A DNA stretch of 64,000 nucleotides from a virus (Duplodnaviria > Heunggongvirae > Uroviricota > Caudoviricetes). The notes beneath the pieces are model-generated. The model saw only the letters and a program-made list of their open reading frames with translations. It was not told the origin of the DNA and searched no databases. Of the stretch, positions 37,398-47,293 are shown in pieces; positions within the stretch are counted from its first letter, which is position 1; the number at the start of each line of letters is the position of its first letter. The stretch covers positions 1 to 64,000 of the IMG/VR virus record IMGVR_UViG_3300014205_000186. The stretch is one strand, 5' to 3'. Made by a program: the position numbers and the translations under genes.

Positions 37398-37776
37398 TGA
37401 GGAAATAATGAATTTTAAAGAATATCAAAATCAAGCAAAAACAACGGCTATTTACTTAAATAAAGTTAAAGAAAAATATCCAGAATTACCAGAACCAGTT
37501 TTAAAAATATTAGGAATATCATATGTTGCTAATGGTTTAGGAGAATCTGGAGAAATTCAAGGTAAAGTTAAAAAACTTATTAGAGATTGTGGTGGCGAAA
37601 TTTCACAAGATAAAATTAAGGAAATATCTGGAGAAATTGGAGACGTATTATGGTATTTATCTTTATTATGTGAAGAATTAGGAATTTCTTTACAAGATGT
37701 AGCTCAAGAAAATCTAGATAAATTATTTTCAAGAAAAGAACGGGGAGTTTTACAAGGATCTGGCGATAACAGGTAA
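37375..37776 (+). CDS. mazG: MazG-like nucleoside triphosphate pyrophosphohydrolase
   Basis: GLGESGEIQGKVKK...GEIGDVLWYLSLLCEELGISLQDVAQENLDKLFSRKERG: canonical MazG pattern. Confidence 0.75.
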   Translation: MAIANVINEEIMNFKEYQNQAKTTAIYLNKVKEKYPELPEPVLKILGISYVANGLGESGEIQGKVKKLIRDCGGEISQDKIKEISGEIGDVLWYLSLLCEELGISLQDVAQENLDKLFSRKERGVLQGSGDNR

Positions 37777-38472
37777 ATGACTCTTAAACGAAAGAAACAA
37801 GAAATGGCTAAAAGAAAACCAGCATTAGAAAAAGCATCTAGATTAATGGTTGAGGATTTTGAGCCGAGAACGGAAAATCAGGAAAACTATGTAATTTCAA
37901 TGTCTCAGAACGAAATTACTATTTGTGTTGGTCCTCCTGGTTGCGGTAAAACATTTTGTAGTGTAGGACTAGCTTGTAGTTATTTATGCGACGGAAGAGT
38001 AGATGAATTAATTTTTAGTAGACCAATTGTTGGTTGCGGTAAAGGAATCGGAACGTTACCAGGAACATTATGGGAGAAAACAGAAGTTTACTTCGTTCCT
38101 ATTATAGATTGCTTAGAATTTTTTCTTGGTAAAGATCAATATAGAAGTTTTTTATTAAACAATACTATTAAATTTATACCATTAGAATTAATGAGAGGAA
38201 TGTCTATTAAAAATACGTTTCTTGTTTTAGACGAAAGTAATAACGCTGATACTTCTCAGTTAAAAATGCTTTTATCAAGATTAGACGTTGGGTCTAAATT
38301 TGTTTTAAATGGAGACTATAAGCAATCTGATTTAAAAAACTGTGATTTTAGAGATTGCGTTAATAAACTAAGAGAAAAAAATATTAAAAACTTAGGTTTC
38401 TGTGAATTAACTGAAGAAGATAATCAGAGAAGACCTATTATTAATAGTATTATGAGAGCTTTAGAGGAATAG
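37777..38472 (+). CDS. phoH: PhoH-like ATPase
   Basis: Walker A VGPPGCGKTF; FLVLDESNNADTSQLKMLLSRLDVGSKFVLNGDYKQSDL matches the PhoH C-terminal motif. Confidence 0.75.
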   Translation: MTLKRKKQEMAKRKPALEKASRLMVEDFEPRTENQENYVISMSQNEITICVGPPGCGKTFCSVGLACSYLCDGRVDELIFSRPIVGCGKGIGTLPGTLWEKTEVYFVPIIDCLEFFLGKDQYRSFLLNNTIKFIPLELMRGMSIKNTFLVLDESNNADTSQLKMLLSRLDVGSKFVLNGDYKQSDLKNCDFRDCVNKLREKNIKNLGFCELTEEDNQRRPIINSIMRALEE

Positions 38473-38473
38473 T

Positions 38474-38911
38474 ATGCGTTTAATAGTAGCGGGATCAAGG
38501 GCTTGTACAGATTATAATATTGTTCGAGAAGCCATAGAACTAGGATTAAAAGAACTAGATATAACCCCTTCGATAATTTTGTCGGGGGACGCGGCTGGAG
38601 TGGATCGCTTAGGAGAGAAATACGCAAAAGAACATGGAATTAATTGTGTAAAATATCTACCAAAATGGAAAGACGTAGCTAATAAACCAGCTTCAGAAAT
38701 TAAATCTAATAAGTTTGGAAAGTATTGGGTTAAAGCTGGTTTTGAAAGAAATCAGAAAATGGCAGATGAAGCAGATGCTTTAATAGCTATTGATCTAGGA
38801 ACTAACGGAACAAATGATATGATTGCTAGAGCTAAAAAAGCTGGACTTAAAGTATATATTTATTGCCCAGATGAAGATGAATGCTTTGGGTTTAACTTTT
38901 GGGATGACTAA
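38474..38911 (+). CDS. DUF2493-like SLOG-superfamily protein
   Basis: MRLIVAGSRACTDYNIVREAIELGL...ILSGDAAGVDRLGEKYAKEHGI. Confidence 0.5.
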   Translation: MRLIVAGSRACTDYNIVREAIELGLKELDITPSIILSGDAAGVDRLGEKYAKEHGINCVKYLPKWKDVANKPASEIKSNKFGKYWVKAGFERNQKMADEADALIAIDLGTNGTNDMIARAKKAGLKVYIYCPDEDECFGFNFWDD

Positions 38912-39606
38912 TGAATATTAAAATAACTAAAGAAGAAGCTCAAGAATTATTTAAAAGAGAAATCATTAGAGAAACTATTGGTTCTCATTTATATGGTTCT
39001 AATAATGAAAATTCTGACACGGATATTTTAGTATTATATCAAGCGTTTAATAAAGATATTAATCAAATGTTTCAAATAAGGCATCAATTCCAGTGGGATG
39101 ATAATGAAAATAATATAGATTATATCTTCTCTACATATGAACAATTTTCTATAAACATATTTTCTGGAGAATCTACAATTAATGCTGACGTAGTATTATT
39201 TACTGATCTTATATGTGAAAATAAAGAAGATAGGTTAAAATCTTGTAGAACATACAATATTATTAAGGCTTATTTAGGATTTGCTAAAAGAGATATTAAA
39301 TATAATAGAAGCAATAGTAAATATAAGCATATTGTTCGGGGTTTATATACCGCTTCTTGTTTATTAAATAATAAAATGCCTTTATTGGAAAATATAAGAC
39401 AAATTTCTATTGATCAATTTTCTAAAACTAACGAAGAATTAAAAGCTTGGCAAGACGAACTTAGATTAAAATGTAATCAGTTATATGAAAAGGATCAATT
39501 AAAAATGTATCCAGAAGATATATTTACCGAAGCTGATAATGTACATCCTTTACAAACCAAATTAATACAATCTTGTAACACGAAAGAATTTAAATATGGT
39601 AACTAG
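38911..39606 (+). CDS. putative nucleotidyltransferase (Pol-beta superfamily fold)
   Basis: HLYGSNNENSDTDILVLY (GS...DxD) motif. Confidence 0.4.
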   Translation: MNIKITKEEAQELFKREIIRETIGSHLYGSNNENSDTDILVLYQAFNKDINQMFQIRHQFQWDDNENNIDYIFSTYEQFSINIFSGESTINADVVLFTDLICENKEDRLKSCRTYNIIKAYLGFAKRDIKYNRSNSKYKHIVRGLYTASCLLNNKMPLLENIRQISIDQFSKTNEELKAWQDELRLKCNQLYEKDQLKMYPEDIFTEADNVHPLQTKLIQSCNTKEFKYGN

Positions 39607-40003
39607 ATTATATTACTGTAAAAATTGCGAACACGAATTCGAAACAGTACAACCAATGAACGAGGAACTTAAAACCAAGTGTCCTAAATGTAAAAAGCAA
39701 AAATTAATACAGGATTTATCTGGAAGTTTTCACGGTTCAGTGATACAGTACAATACTGTTGGTAGTATAGCCGAGAAAAACACAAGAGAATTAGGTACTT
39801 ATGGAAGACAGGCTAAAGAGAAAGCTATTTTAGATAAAGAAGAATCTATTAAAGTAAATAGAGAAAATAAACTAAGAGAAGCCGGGATAGAGCCTATTAA
39901 AAGAAGTAATAAAAAATTAGATCTTCCTCCAGACAAAGTATTACTCAGTATGGATAGAGGCGATCAACAAGCTATTCAAAGATATATTTACGAAGGAAAA
40001 TAA
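39596..40003 (+). CDS. FmdB-like zinc-ribbon protein
   Basis: YYCKNCEHEFE...CPKCKK. Confidence 0.4.
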   Translation: MVTRLYYCKNCEHEFETVQPMNEELKTKCPKCKKQKLIQDLSGSFHGSVIQYNTVGSIAEKNTRELGTYGRQAKEKAILDKEESIKVNRENKLREAGIEPIKRSNKKLDLPPDKVLLSMDRGDQQAIQRYIYEGK

Positions 40004-40206
40004 TGTATAAAGCTATTATAGATCTAAGAATAGAGGTTCATCAATTTAAAGACGGGGTTTGTTCTGGTATGATAGTTCCAGAATCAGAAATGAATGATTA
40101 CGGCTTAAAAAATAATATTTTAGTATCTTTTGAAGGTGCTACAAAAAATGACTGTTTGACAAAATTAAAAGATTGGATTAAAAATGTCGATAAAAATCAC
40201 CCATAA
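40003..40206 (+). CDS. hypothetical protein
   Basis: 67-aa ORF. Confidence 0.4.
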   Translation: MYKAIIDLRIEVHQFKDGVCSGMIVPESEMNDYGLKNNILVSFEGATKNDCLTKLKDWIKNVDKNHP

Positions 40207-40477
40207 AGAACAATTAAAAGAATATCAAGAGCCACTAGAAACAATTAAAAAAGATGTTTGTTGTGCTATGTGCGAAAAGGTTATAGCTAGAACGGTTCAA
40301 ATTAAAGATATTCCAGACAAGAAACAGTATAGGTTTAATTGCCCAAGCTGTGGCGGGAAATCATTTATTACAGAATTTCTTTATAAAGCATTCTTAGAAC
40401 CAGTTAATAGTAAAATTCACAATATTACAGAGGAGAACGGGGTATGGCTAGTGCATCTAAAAAACGGGGTCAGTTAA
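40184..40477 (+). CDS. hypothetical zinc-ribbon protein
   Basis: CCAMCEK...CPSCGG. Confidence 0.4.
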   Translation: MSIKITHKEQLKEYQEPLETIKKDVCCAMCEKVIARTVQIKDIPDKKQYRFNCPSCGGKSFITEFLYKAFLEPVNSKIHNITEENGVWLVHLKNGVS

Positions 40478-40767
40478 ACGATCAAGAAAAGCTTTATATT
40501 GCTGAGCACTTTCTAAAAGATACAATAGAAAATATTTCTCAAGAATTAAACAGAACAAGTTTAGCTGTTACAAATTATATAGCAAAACTTAAACATACTA
40601 CTAAAGAAGACTTACAAAAACAAGAAGAACAACAAAAAGAGAGTCTTTTACCAAAACCTAAACCCAAGAGTGTAATGGATAGTAAAAATGCGGCTACTCA
40701 AATGACTCAAGAATCTTCTTCTATTCCTTTTAGAACCAAAAAATATCAAAGCCCATTTAAAACATGA
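40444..40767 (+). CDS. hypothetical protein
   Basis: 107-aa ORF. Confidence 0.4.
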   Translation: MASASKKRGQLNDQEKLYIAEHFLKDTIENISQELNRTSLAVTNYIAKLKHTTKEDLQKQEEQQKESLLPKPKPKSVMDSKNAATQMTQESSSIPFRTKKYQSPFKT

Positions 40768-41156
40768 ACACATTCTTATTAGAAAATTCTATATGGAAAG
40801 TTAAACTATCTAATGATGAAGAAATTATATCAGATAATCAATATATAGATTCTCAAAGCGATTGGCAAAGACTAAAGCAATATTGCTTAGATAATAATCT
40901 ACATATAGAAAAAATGCAAATTGCTTTTAGAGATCACGTTATTGATTTACCTCAAAACAAACATTATTTCTTTAGAAGAATGTCTCTATGTAGATTTGGA
41001 AAGACTAATAGAGACTCTGATACATATGAATATTTTGTTGTTGGATCTACAAACGATCCTTTATTTGTTCACTTAAAGATGTATTTAGTTCCAGAATTAA
41101 GTCCTTTAGAAGAAGAGGATAGGGTTCTTGAAGAATCAGAACCGTCATTAATATGA
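40764..41156 (+). CDS. hypothetical protein
   Basis: 130-aa ORF. Confidence 0.45.
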   Translation: MNTFLLENSIWKVKLSNDEEIISDNQYIDSQSDWQRLKQYCLDNNLHIEKMQIAFRDHVIDLPQNKHYFFRRMSLCRFGKTNRDSDTYEYFVVGSTNDPLFVHLKMYLVPELSPLEEEDRVLEESEPSLI

Positions 41157-41584
41157 GAAACAAGAAAGAGATTAACGGAAGATTTACTTATAAGTCTTTA
41201 TTTACCGGTGAATATGTAATGCCACATCAATGGGTAGCAGAAATATTAGTCCAACGTAAAGCAGATAGAGATAAGTTTGTTCTTCCTGATAGATTTTGGT
41301 TGGGACATGATGAATATTCTAAAGAGTTTTCTAAGCAGGTTCAACAAGCAGCTAAACTTATTAAGAAATATTCTGAAGAAGCTGTTCTTAGTTTTATTAA
41401 GAATAATCCTTGGAAATTCTCTTTATTCACTAAGGAAAACATAGAAAATATTCAAAAAGAACAGTATATTATAGACAATAGGCAAGTTAAGGAAGTCGAA
41501 GTTCAAGATGCTTTCGAGTTTCTTAATAGAAAATCAAATAAAAAGTCGCTTTTAGGTAGATTAAATGGCAAAAAAGAAAAGTAG
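41153..41584 (+). CDS. hypothetical protein
   Basis: 143-aa ORF. Confidence 0.45.
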   Translation: MRNKKEINGRFTYKSLFTGEYVMPHQWVAEILVQRKADRDKFVLPDRFWLGHDEYSKEFSKQVQQAAKLIKKYSEEAVLSFIKNNPWKFSLFTKENIENIQKEQYIIDNRQVKEVEVQDAFEFLNRKSNKKSLLGRLNGKKEK

Positions 41585-42596
41585 TGAAGATGGTAATGTA
41601 TTAGTTTCCGCTAATAGAAAAAGTTTAGAAAAAGATTTTGGTGATATTTTCATTGATCCACAATCTATTATGGATAAAAAGTTAGATATATTTTCTTTAG
41701 GACCAAAATTAAATATAGCTTTATCTGGCGGGCTTCCAAGTGGAAGTTGGGGAATTATTTCTGGATTATCGGGAATTGGAAAATCTAGTGCTGCTTTACA
41801 GATTTGTGCCCAAGCTCAAAAAGAAGAGTTTGGTTCTAGGAAATGTTATTATTTTGATGTAGAGCATAGATTAGAAAAGAAAAATTTATCTGGTATTCCT
41901 GGATTAAGTCTTGAAAAAGATAAACTTGAAGTAATTTCTTCGACAAGAGGTAATATTTTAACTGCTGAAAAAGTATTAACTATTGCTGAAAGACTTTTAA
42001 AAGATGAGCCAAGAATTATTCTTGTTATAGACTCGTCCTCTTCTTTGTGTACGGCTAAAGAATATGATGGTGAAATTAGCGCTGTTGGTCGAAATGAAGG
42101 ACCAAAGTTACTCGCTCAATTTACTAGAAAACTAAACGGAGTAGTTCCAGTTCAAGATTCTTTAGTTATTATTATTCAACATTTAATAGCTAATACTTCT
42201 GGATATGGTTCTCCTTGGCTAGAAGATGGTGGTAATAAAATTGCTTATCAATCTAATTTTAAACTTAGAGGTGTTTCTTTTAAAAAATGGGAGCAGGGAG
42301 AAAAGCAAATTGGACAAGTTAATAATTGGCATGTTATCAAAAGCGCTTTGGGTCAACCTAATGCAAAAGTAGAAAGTTATTTAAGATTTGGTTGCGGAAT
42401 TGATTCTGTTTGGGAATTAATAGAATTAGCTTGTGATGTTGGATTAATAACAAAAGGTGGGGCTTGGTTTAATCTAGACTTTTTAGATGCTCCAGAAAAA
42501 TTACAAGGACAACAAAATGTTTGGGATTATCTCAATACTAATCTAGATCAGCTTAAACTATTAGATAAAAAAGTAAAAGAGTTTTATGCTAGTTAA
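41565..42596 (+). CDS. uvsX: RecA-family recombinase (UvsX-like)
   Basis: PKLNIALSGGLPSGSWGIISGLSGIGKSSAALQ parallels T4 UvsX PMMNIALSG...AGPSKSFKS and the RecA Walker A. Confidence 0.7.
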   Translation: MAKKKSSEDGNVLVSANRKSLEKDFGDIFIDPQSIMDKKLDIFSLGPKLNIALSGGLPSGSWGIISGLSGIGKSSAALQICAQAQKEEFGSRKCYYFDVEHRLEKKNLSGIPGLSLEKDKLEVISSTRGNILTAEKVLTIAERLLKDEPRIILVIDSSSSLCTAKEYDGEISAVGRNEGPKLLAQFTRKLNGVVPVQDSLVIIIQHLIANTSGYGSPWLEDGGNKIAYQSNFKLRGVSFKKWEQGEKQIGQVNNWHVIKSALGQPNAKVESYLRFGCGIDSVWELIELACDVGLITKGGAWFNLDFLDAPEKLQGQQNVWDYLNTNLDQLKLLDKKVKEFYAS

Positions 42597-42987
42597 AGGT
42601 TTTGATAATAGAGAATATAAACTTAAATTAAATACTAAACAAAGAGAAAGCTGTTCAAAAGGTCATTTAAGAGCTAGACTTCTTCTTAAAGAGTTTTTCC
42701 CGCATGATATTATTTATGAAGAAATTACTCTATTAGGTAGTAAAAAATTTAATAAAAACTGTTTATATGCTGATTTTTTAATTCCTTCTCATAGAGTTCT
42801 TGTTGAAGTTCATGGTAAACAACATTATAATAAGACGTTCTTCCATGATAGTAAGTTGAGTTTTATACAATCAAAATCAAACGATTCAAGAAAAATTGAA
42901 TGGTGTGAACTAAATAACATTTCATACATAGAATTGCCAGACGGAGAATCTGATGAGCAGTGGAAACTTAGAATTAACAATAGATGA
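42586..42987 (+). CDS. hypothetical protein
   Basis: 133-aa ORF. Confidence 0.45.
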   Translation: MLVKGFDNREYKLKLNTKQRESCSKGHLRARLLLKEFFPHDIIYEEITLLGSKKFNKNCLYADFLIPSHRVLVEVHGKQHYNKTFFHDSKLSFIQSKSNDSRKIEWCELNNISYIELPDGESDEQWKLRINNR

Positions 42988-43447
42988 AAAGATTAAAAAA
43001 TATGAAAACGAACTTGACGATATTATTGAAAAAATTGGAATATCTCTTTATAAGGATGAAGCTTCTATTGAGGCTTTAAAATTATCTTATAGCCAGTTAA
43101 GAGATATGGACCAAAGAGAATGTTGTATTCTTGCTTATGGATTACAACAATATGCGATATATATACAATCTATTACAAATAGGTTAAATAGCGTATCTTA
43201 TTGGATTAATGAGTCTCTTAATAAAATAGTCGGAAAATATGCCAAAAGCTATGGTAATGACTATACTAAATTTGAAGAGAAAAAAGCTGCTATTATAGCC
43301 GAAAACGAAGCGGCAAATTATTTAATGTCTCTTTTGATTAAATCTTCCGGAAAAAATAAAGAGCTTTACGGGATATCTGCCAAAATATTAAATATGGCCA
43401 CAACATTACTTGAAATATCTAAGTCTAAGAGGGTAAATAATGGATAA
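42953..43447 (+). CDS. hypothetical protein
   Basis: 164-aa ORF. Confidence 0.45.
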   Translation: MSSGNLELTIDEKIKKYENELDDIIEKIGISLYKDEASIEALKLSYSQLRDMDQRECCILAYGLQQYAIYIQSITNRLNSVSYWINESLNKIVGKYAKSYGNDYTKFEEKKAAIIAENEAANYLMSLLIKSSGKNKELYGISAKILNMATTLLEISKSKRVNNG

Positions 43448-43940
43448 TGATAAAATTAATCTTTTAAGAGAATTACTATCTGATGACGATGTTAGAGAAA
43501 CGTTAAAAAAGATTTTATTAGAAGACCGTCCTAAAAAAGCGGTTAAAAAGAAAACTGTAACAAGCCCAAAGACTAAAGTAAAAGCAGTAGTTAAAAAGAC
43601 TACTACTAGAAAACCAAGAGTTAAGAAGCAGGAAGAACAAGAAAATTTTAAAACTAACAAGGTTGATAAATACTCAAAAGATTATGGAAGAAGTCACTTT
43701 GTTGATAATTTAACAGAAGCTCTTGAAGAAGAAGTTGAAGGTAAAAAAATAAATTTAATAGCAGAAAGTAAGAAGTTATCTAAGATAGCTAAAAAGAAAC
43801 CAAAGCAGATTAGACCTAAAAAGACTTTAAGTAAATTAAAATGTACTCAGTGTAATAAACACTTTTTTGGTGTAGGTGGATATTTGTGTGATAATTGTTT
43901 GAAAGGTAAAAACCCAGAGGATAAATTTAATGCTGAGTGA
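43440..43940 (+). CDS. basic Lys-rich protein with C-terminal zinc ribbon (probable DNA-binding)
   Basis: KKAVKKKTVTSPKTKVKAVVKKTTTRKPRVKK; CTQCNKHF...CDNC. Confidence 0.45.
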   Translation: MDNDKINLLRELLSDDDVRETLKKILLEDRPKKAVKKKTVTSPKTKVKAVVKKTTTRKPRVKKQEEQENFKTNKVDKYSKDYGRSHFVDNLTEALEEEVEGKKINLIAESKKLSKIAKKKPKQIRPKKTLSKLKCTQCNKHFFGVGGYLCDNCLKGKNPEDKFNAE

Positions 43941-46326
43941 TAAAGGTTGTGAAAGAGCTGTTTTATCTGGAATTTGTCAATATGGAGCAGAAGGATTTTT
44001 TGAAGTAAATGATATTTTGGATTCTTCTGTCTTTACAGATATTTCTAATCAGATTATTTTTTCTTGTTTAGAATATTTATTTGCCGCAGATATTAAGAAA
44101 GTAGATATTCCAGGTATCTTTTCTGCTGCGAATTCTTTAAAGTTCGAAAAACAAATTTGTGAGTCTAAGCAAAACCAAGAGTTTATTAGGTCGCTTTTTA
44201 ACTTCCCTATAGAGCTATCTAACTTGCGTTCTTACGCGATCAAAATAGTAAACCTATCCATAGCTAGAAACGCCCAAGGGAAGCTACAGAAGGCTTACAG
44301 AGAGCTTGAAGGGGTCACAGGAGACGAAGATACAGATAAGATAATAGAAATAACAGAATCTCCTTATTCAGAATTAATGAGAGAGCTTGTTAGGACAGAA
44401 GATGGCGGAGATATTGGTGAAGATATTGAAGAATATGTTAAAAATAAATTTGATAATCCAGTTAAAAATGTAGGTATACCTTCTCCTTTTCCTATATTTA
44501 ATAGTGTTATTGGTGATGGATTAAGAACAGGTGTACATTTAGTCGCGGCAAGATTGAAAGCTCTTAGATATGGTTCTAAAGTTTATACTAAAACTGGACC
44601 TATTAATATAGAAGATTGTAAAATTGGCCAAGAAATAGCTACTCCAACGGGTTTTGCTAAAATTGATGGGGTTCAAGATTTTCAAAACAAAGATATTTAT
44701 AGAGTTTATTTTAAAGATGGTGATTATGTAGATTGTTGTGAGGATCATATCTGGAGCGTAACTAAAGCTCATGATAGAAAAAAAAGAGAAGTATTAAAAA
44801 CAACAAAAGAATTAATAAATTACGGTATTTATAAAAATGGAAAAAAAAATAATAGATACTACTGGAATATTAAAATGCCAGAACCAGTATTATTTGAAGA
44901 TAAAAGTGTTCCAATAGACCCATATATACTAGGCTGTTTAATTGGTGATGGTTCTTTTAGAAATTCTATAACTTTGAGCGGTAATGATAAAGAAATTTTT
45001 GATTATTTTTATGAAAATCTTAAAGAATATAAAATAAAGGTTGAAAAATCTAATTGTGGATGTATTAGAATAAATAGTTTTCAAAATAAAATTAGAGAAG
45101 TTGGTCTTTATAAAGTAAAAGCTAGGTATAAATTTATACCAAAACAATATATTTATAATAATATAGAAACTAGATTAGAGATTCTTAGAGGATTGATGGA
45201 CACAGATGGTACTTGTGTGGTAAATCCAAGATCTAAAAATTCTAGATCTATATTTGGTACAACTTCTATTCAATTAGCAAAAGATATTAAAGAAATAGTT
45301 TGTTCTTTAGGAGGATTATGTAGTATTAAAAGGGTTAACCAAATATATAAAGGAAAACCATATTTATCATACAGTTGTGAAATAAGACTGGAAAACTTTA
45401 ATGTTTTTAAATTAAAAAGAAAAGCAGATAGAGTAACTGGTAGATTTTATAAAGTTAAAAGAATTATTTCCAAAATAGAAAAAGTTGGAGTTGATAATAC
45501 TAGGTGCATTAAAGTAAACTGTCCAAACGAGCTATTTTTAACAGATAATTATATAGTTACTCATAATACTGGAAAAAGCACCTTTGCTAAAGAAGTTGGG
45601 ATTCATGTTGCTAAAAATCTTAAAATACCAGTATTATTCATTGATAGCGAAATGAGTACAGAAGAACAAAAAGATAGAATCTTAGCAAGTATTGCAGAAT
45701 TAGATATTAGAAAAGTTGAAAAGGGCGGCTTATCACAAGCAGAAAAGGATAAATTAATCTATTCGGCTAAAGAACTGAAAAATATACCGTTTAAACATGA
45801 AAAAATAGCCGGGAAACCATTCAAAGAAGTTTTATCATTAATAAGACGCTGGATTAATCACAAGGTTGGTTATGGAGACGACGGTAAAGCTAATCCACAT
45901 CTTGTTATATATGATTATTTTAAACTAATGGATGTGGGAGATTTAAAAAATGCACAAGAATACCAATTAATGGGCTTTCAAATAGCTGCTTTACATGATT
46001 TTTGTACCGAAAATAATACGCCAGTTCTTTCGTTTGTACAAATTAATAGAGATGGAATTAATAAAGAATCAACAGATGTTATTGCTCAATCTGACAGATT
46101 AGGCTGGAATGCTATATCTTTAAGTATTTGGAAAAGAAAAACCCCAGAAGAAATTGGTCAAAATCCCAAAGCTGGTACGCACAAATTAGTTCCTTTAGAA
46201 GGTCGTTTTATGTCTAAACTTGATCCTGGAGATTATATTAATTATTATTTTGATGAAGCCAAATCTAAAATTACAGAGTTAAAAACAAGGTTTCAAAGTG
46301 AATCAGCAGATTTCGGACAAAATTGA
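43930..46326 (+). CDS. dnaB: DnaB-like replicative helicase interrupted by an intein in the P-loop
   Basis: Exteins ...GVHLVAARLK + TGKSTFAKEVG reconstitute a DnaB Walker A (AARPSMGKTTF-like); downstream DnaB-like IDSEMSTEEQ. Confidence 0.75.
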   Translation: MLSDKGCERAVLSGICQYGAEGFFEVNDILDSSVFTDISNQIIFSCLEYLFAADIKKVDIPGIFSAANSLKFEKQICESKQNQEFIRSLFNFPIELSNLRSYAIKIVNLSIARNAQGKLQKAYRELEGVTGDEDTDKIIEITESPYSELMRELVRTEDGGDIGEDIEEYVKNKFDNPVKNVGIPSPFPIFNSVIGDGLRTGVHLVAARLKALRYGSKVYTKTGPINIEDCKIGQEIATPTGFAKIDGVQDFQNKDIYRVYFKDGDYVDCCEDHIWSVTKAHDRKKREVLKTTKELINYGIYKNGKKNNRYYWNIKMPEPVLFEDKSVPIDPYILGCLIGDGSFRNSITLSGNDKEIFDYFYENLKEYKIKVEKSNCGCIRINSFQNKIREVGLYKVKARYKFIPKQYIYNNIETRLEILRGLMDTDGTCVVNPRSKNSRSIFGTTSIQLAKDIKEIVCSLGGLCSIKRVNQIYKGKPYLSYSCEIRLENFNVFKLKRKADRVTGRFYKVKRIISKIEKVGVDNTRCIKVNCPNELFLTDNYIVTHNTGKSTFAKEVGIHVAKNLKIPVLFIDSEMSTEEQKDRILASIAELDIRKVEKGGLSQAEKDKLIYSAKELKNIPFKHEKIAGKPFKEVLSLIRRWINHKVGYGDDGKANPHLVIYDYFKLMDVGDLKNAQEYQLMGFQIAALHDFCTENNTPVLSFVQINRDGINKESTDVIAQSDRLGWNAISLSIWKRKTPEEIGQNPKAGTHKLVPLEGRFMSKLDPGDYINYYFDEAKSKITELKTRFQSESADFGQN
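44560..45567 (+). mobile_element. LAGLIDADG-type intein in the helicase (N-terminal boundary ambiguous: Ala at 44560 or Cys at 44617)
   Basis: Hint block A-like ALRYGSKVYTKTGPINIED / CKIGQEIATPTGFAKIDGV; block B DHIWSV; LAGLIDADG LGCLIGDGSF and LRGLMDTDGT; ends IVTHN then Thr+1. Confidence 0.65.
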
Positions 46327-47290
46327 GGAAATATTTAATAAATTAGGTATTGATTACAGTGTAAGAGAAAATAGCTTATGTTTTAGTTGCCCAATTCATG
46401 GTAGTTCGTCAAATTCTGCTTTTGTTTATAATCAGTCAGATATTTACCCGCCAAATTGGAAGTGTTATACTAGAAATTGTCACGAAGAATATGGTTCTAG
46501 TCTAGTTGGTCTATTAAAAGGTATACTTAAAACAGATTATAATGGCTGTGTAAACTGGTTAAAAGATTTAGATATTAAGCCTGGACTTAATCAAAATAAC
46601 ACATTTGTTCAATCTACAAAGTTAATTACTTATAAAAGATATAGACCAGAATATAAGATACCAATTAGTGAAATTCAATATGTTAGACCAAAGTTTTATT
46701 TAGAGAGAGGTTTTAAAGAAAGCACGTTAAAACATTTTGGAATAAGCTATTGTAATATAAGAAACAATCCTTTCTTTGGATATATTACAGTTCCAATTTT
46801 TAATGATGACAAAAAATCTATTGCCGGATTTATTGGAAGGAATCCTAATCCAAAATGCTTAATATGTAAGAAATATCACAAAGAAAACGATCCATGCTCA
46901 AAAAATGGTATAAAATGGAAAAATACAAAGGGGTTTCATAATAACTCCTTTTTTTATAACTTATGGAATGCTAAAGAGTATATTAAGAAATCAAAAGAGG
47001 TAGTTCTAGTTGAAGGTGCAGCAGATGTTTGGAGATTATTTGAAGCTGGTGTAAATAATGTTTTAGGGATGTTTGGAACATCTATCACAATGGATCAAAA
47101 GGTTATTCTAGAAACACTACCTATTTTAACTATTAAATTATTTTTAGATAATGATGAAGCAGGTAGATCAGCAAGTATTAAACTTAAAAAATACTTAGAG
47201 AGATTTTATAAAGTGCAAATTATTAACCATTCAAAACAACCATCAGAGTGTAGTGCTTCAGAGATCATTAATTTATTGAAAAGTAGGTAA
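46298..47290 (+). CDS. dnaG: DnaG-type DNA primase
   Basis: Zinc-binding motif CFSCPIHGSSSNSAFVY (CPxH...); TOPRIM-like VVLVEGAADVWRLFEAG. Confidence 0.7.
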   Translation: MNQQISDKIEEIFNKLGIDYSVRENSLCFSCPIHGSSSNSAFVYNQSDIYPPNWKCYTRNCHEEYGSSLVGLLKGILKTDYNGCVNWLKDLDIKPGLNQNNTFVQSTKLITYKRYRPEYKIPISEIQYVRPKFYLERGFKESTLKHFGISYCNIRNNPFFGYITVPIFNDDKKSIAGFIGRNPNPKCLICKKYHKENDPCSKNGIKWKNTKGFHNNSFFYNLWNAKEYIKKSKEVVLVEGAADVWRLFEAGVNNVLGMFGTSITMDQKVILETLPILTIKLFLDNDEAGRSASIKLKKYLERFYKVQIINHSKQPSECSASEIINLLKSR

Positions 47291-47293
47291 AAT

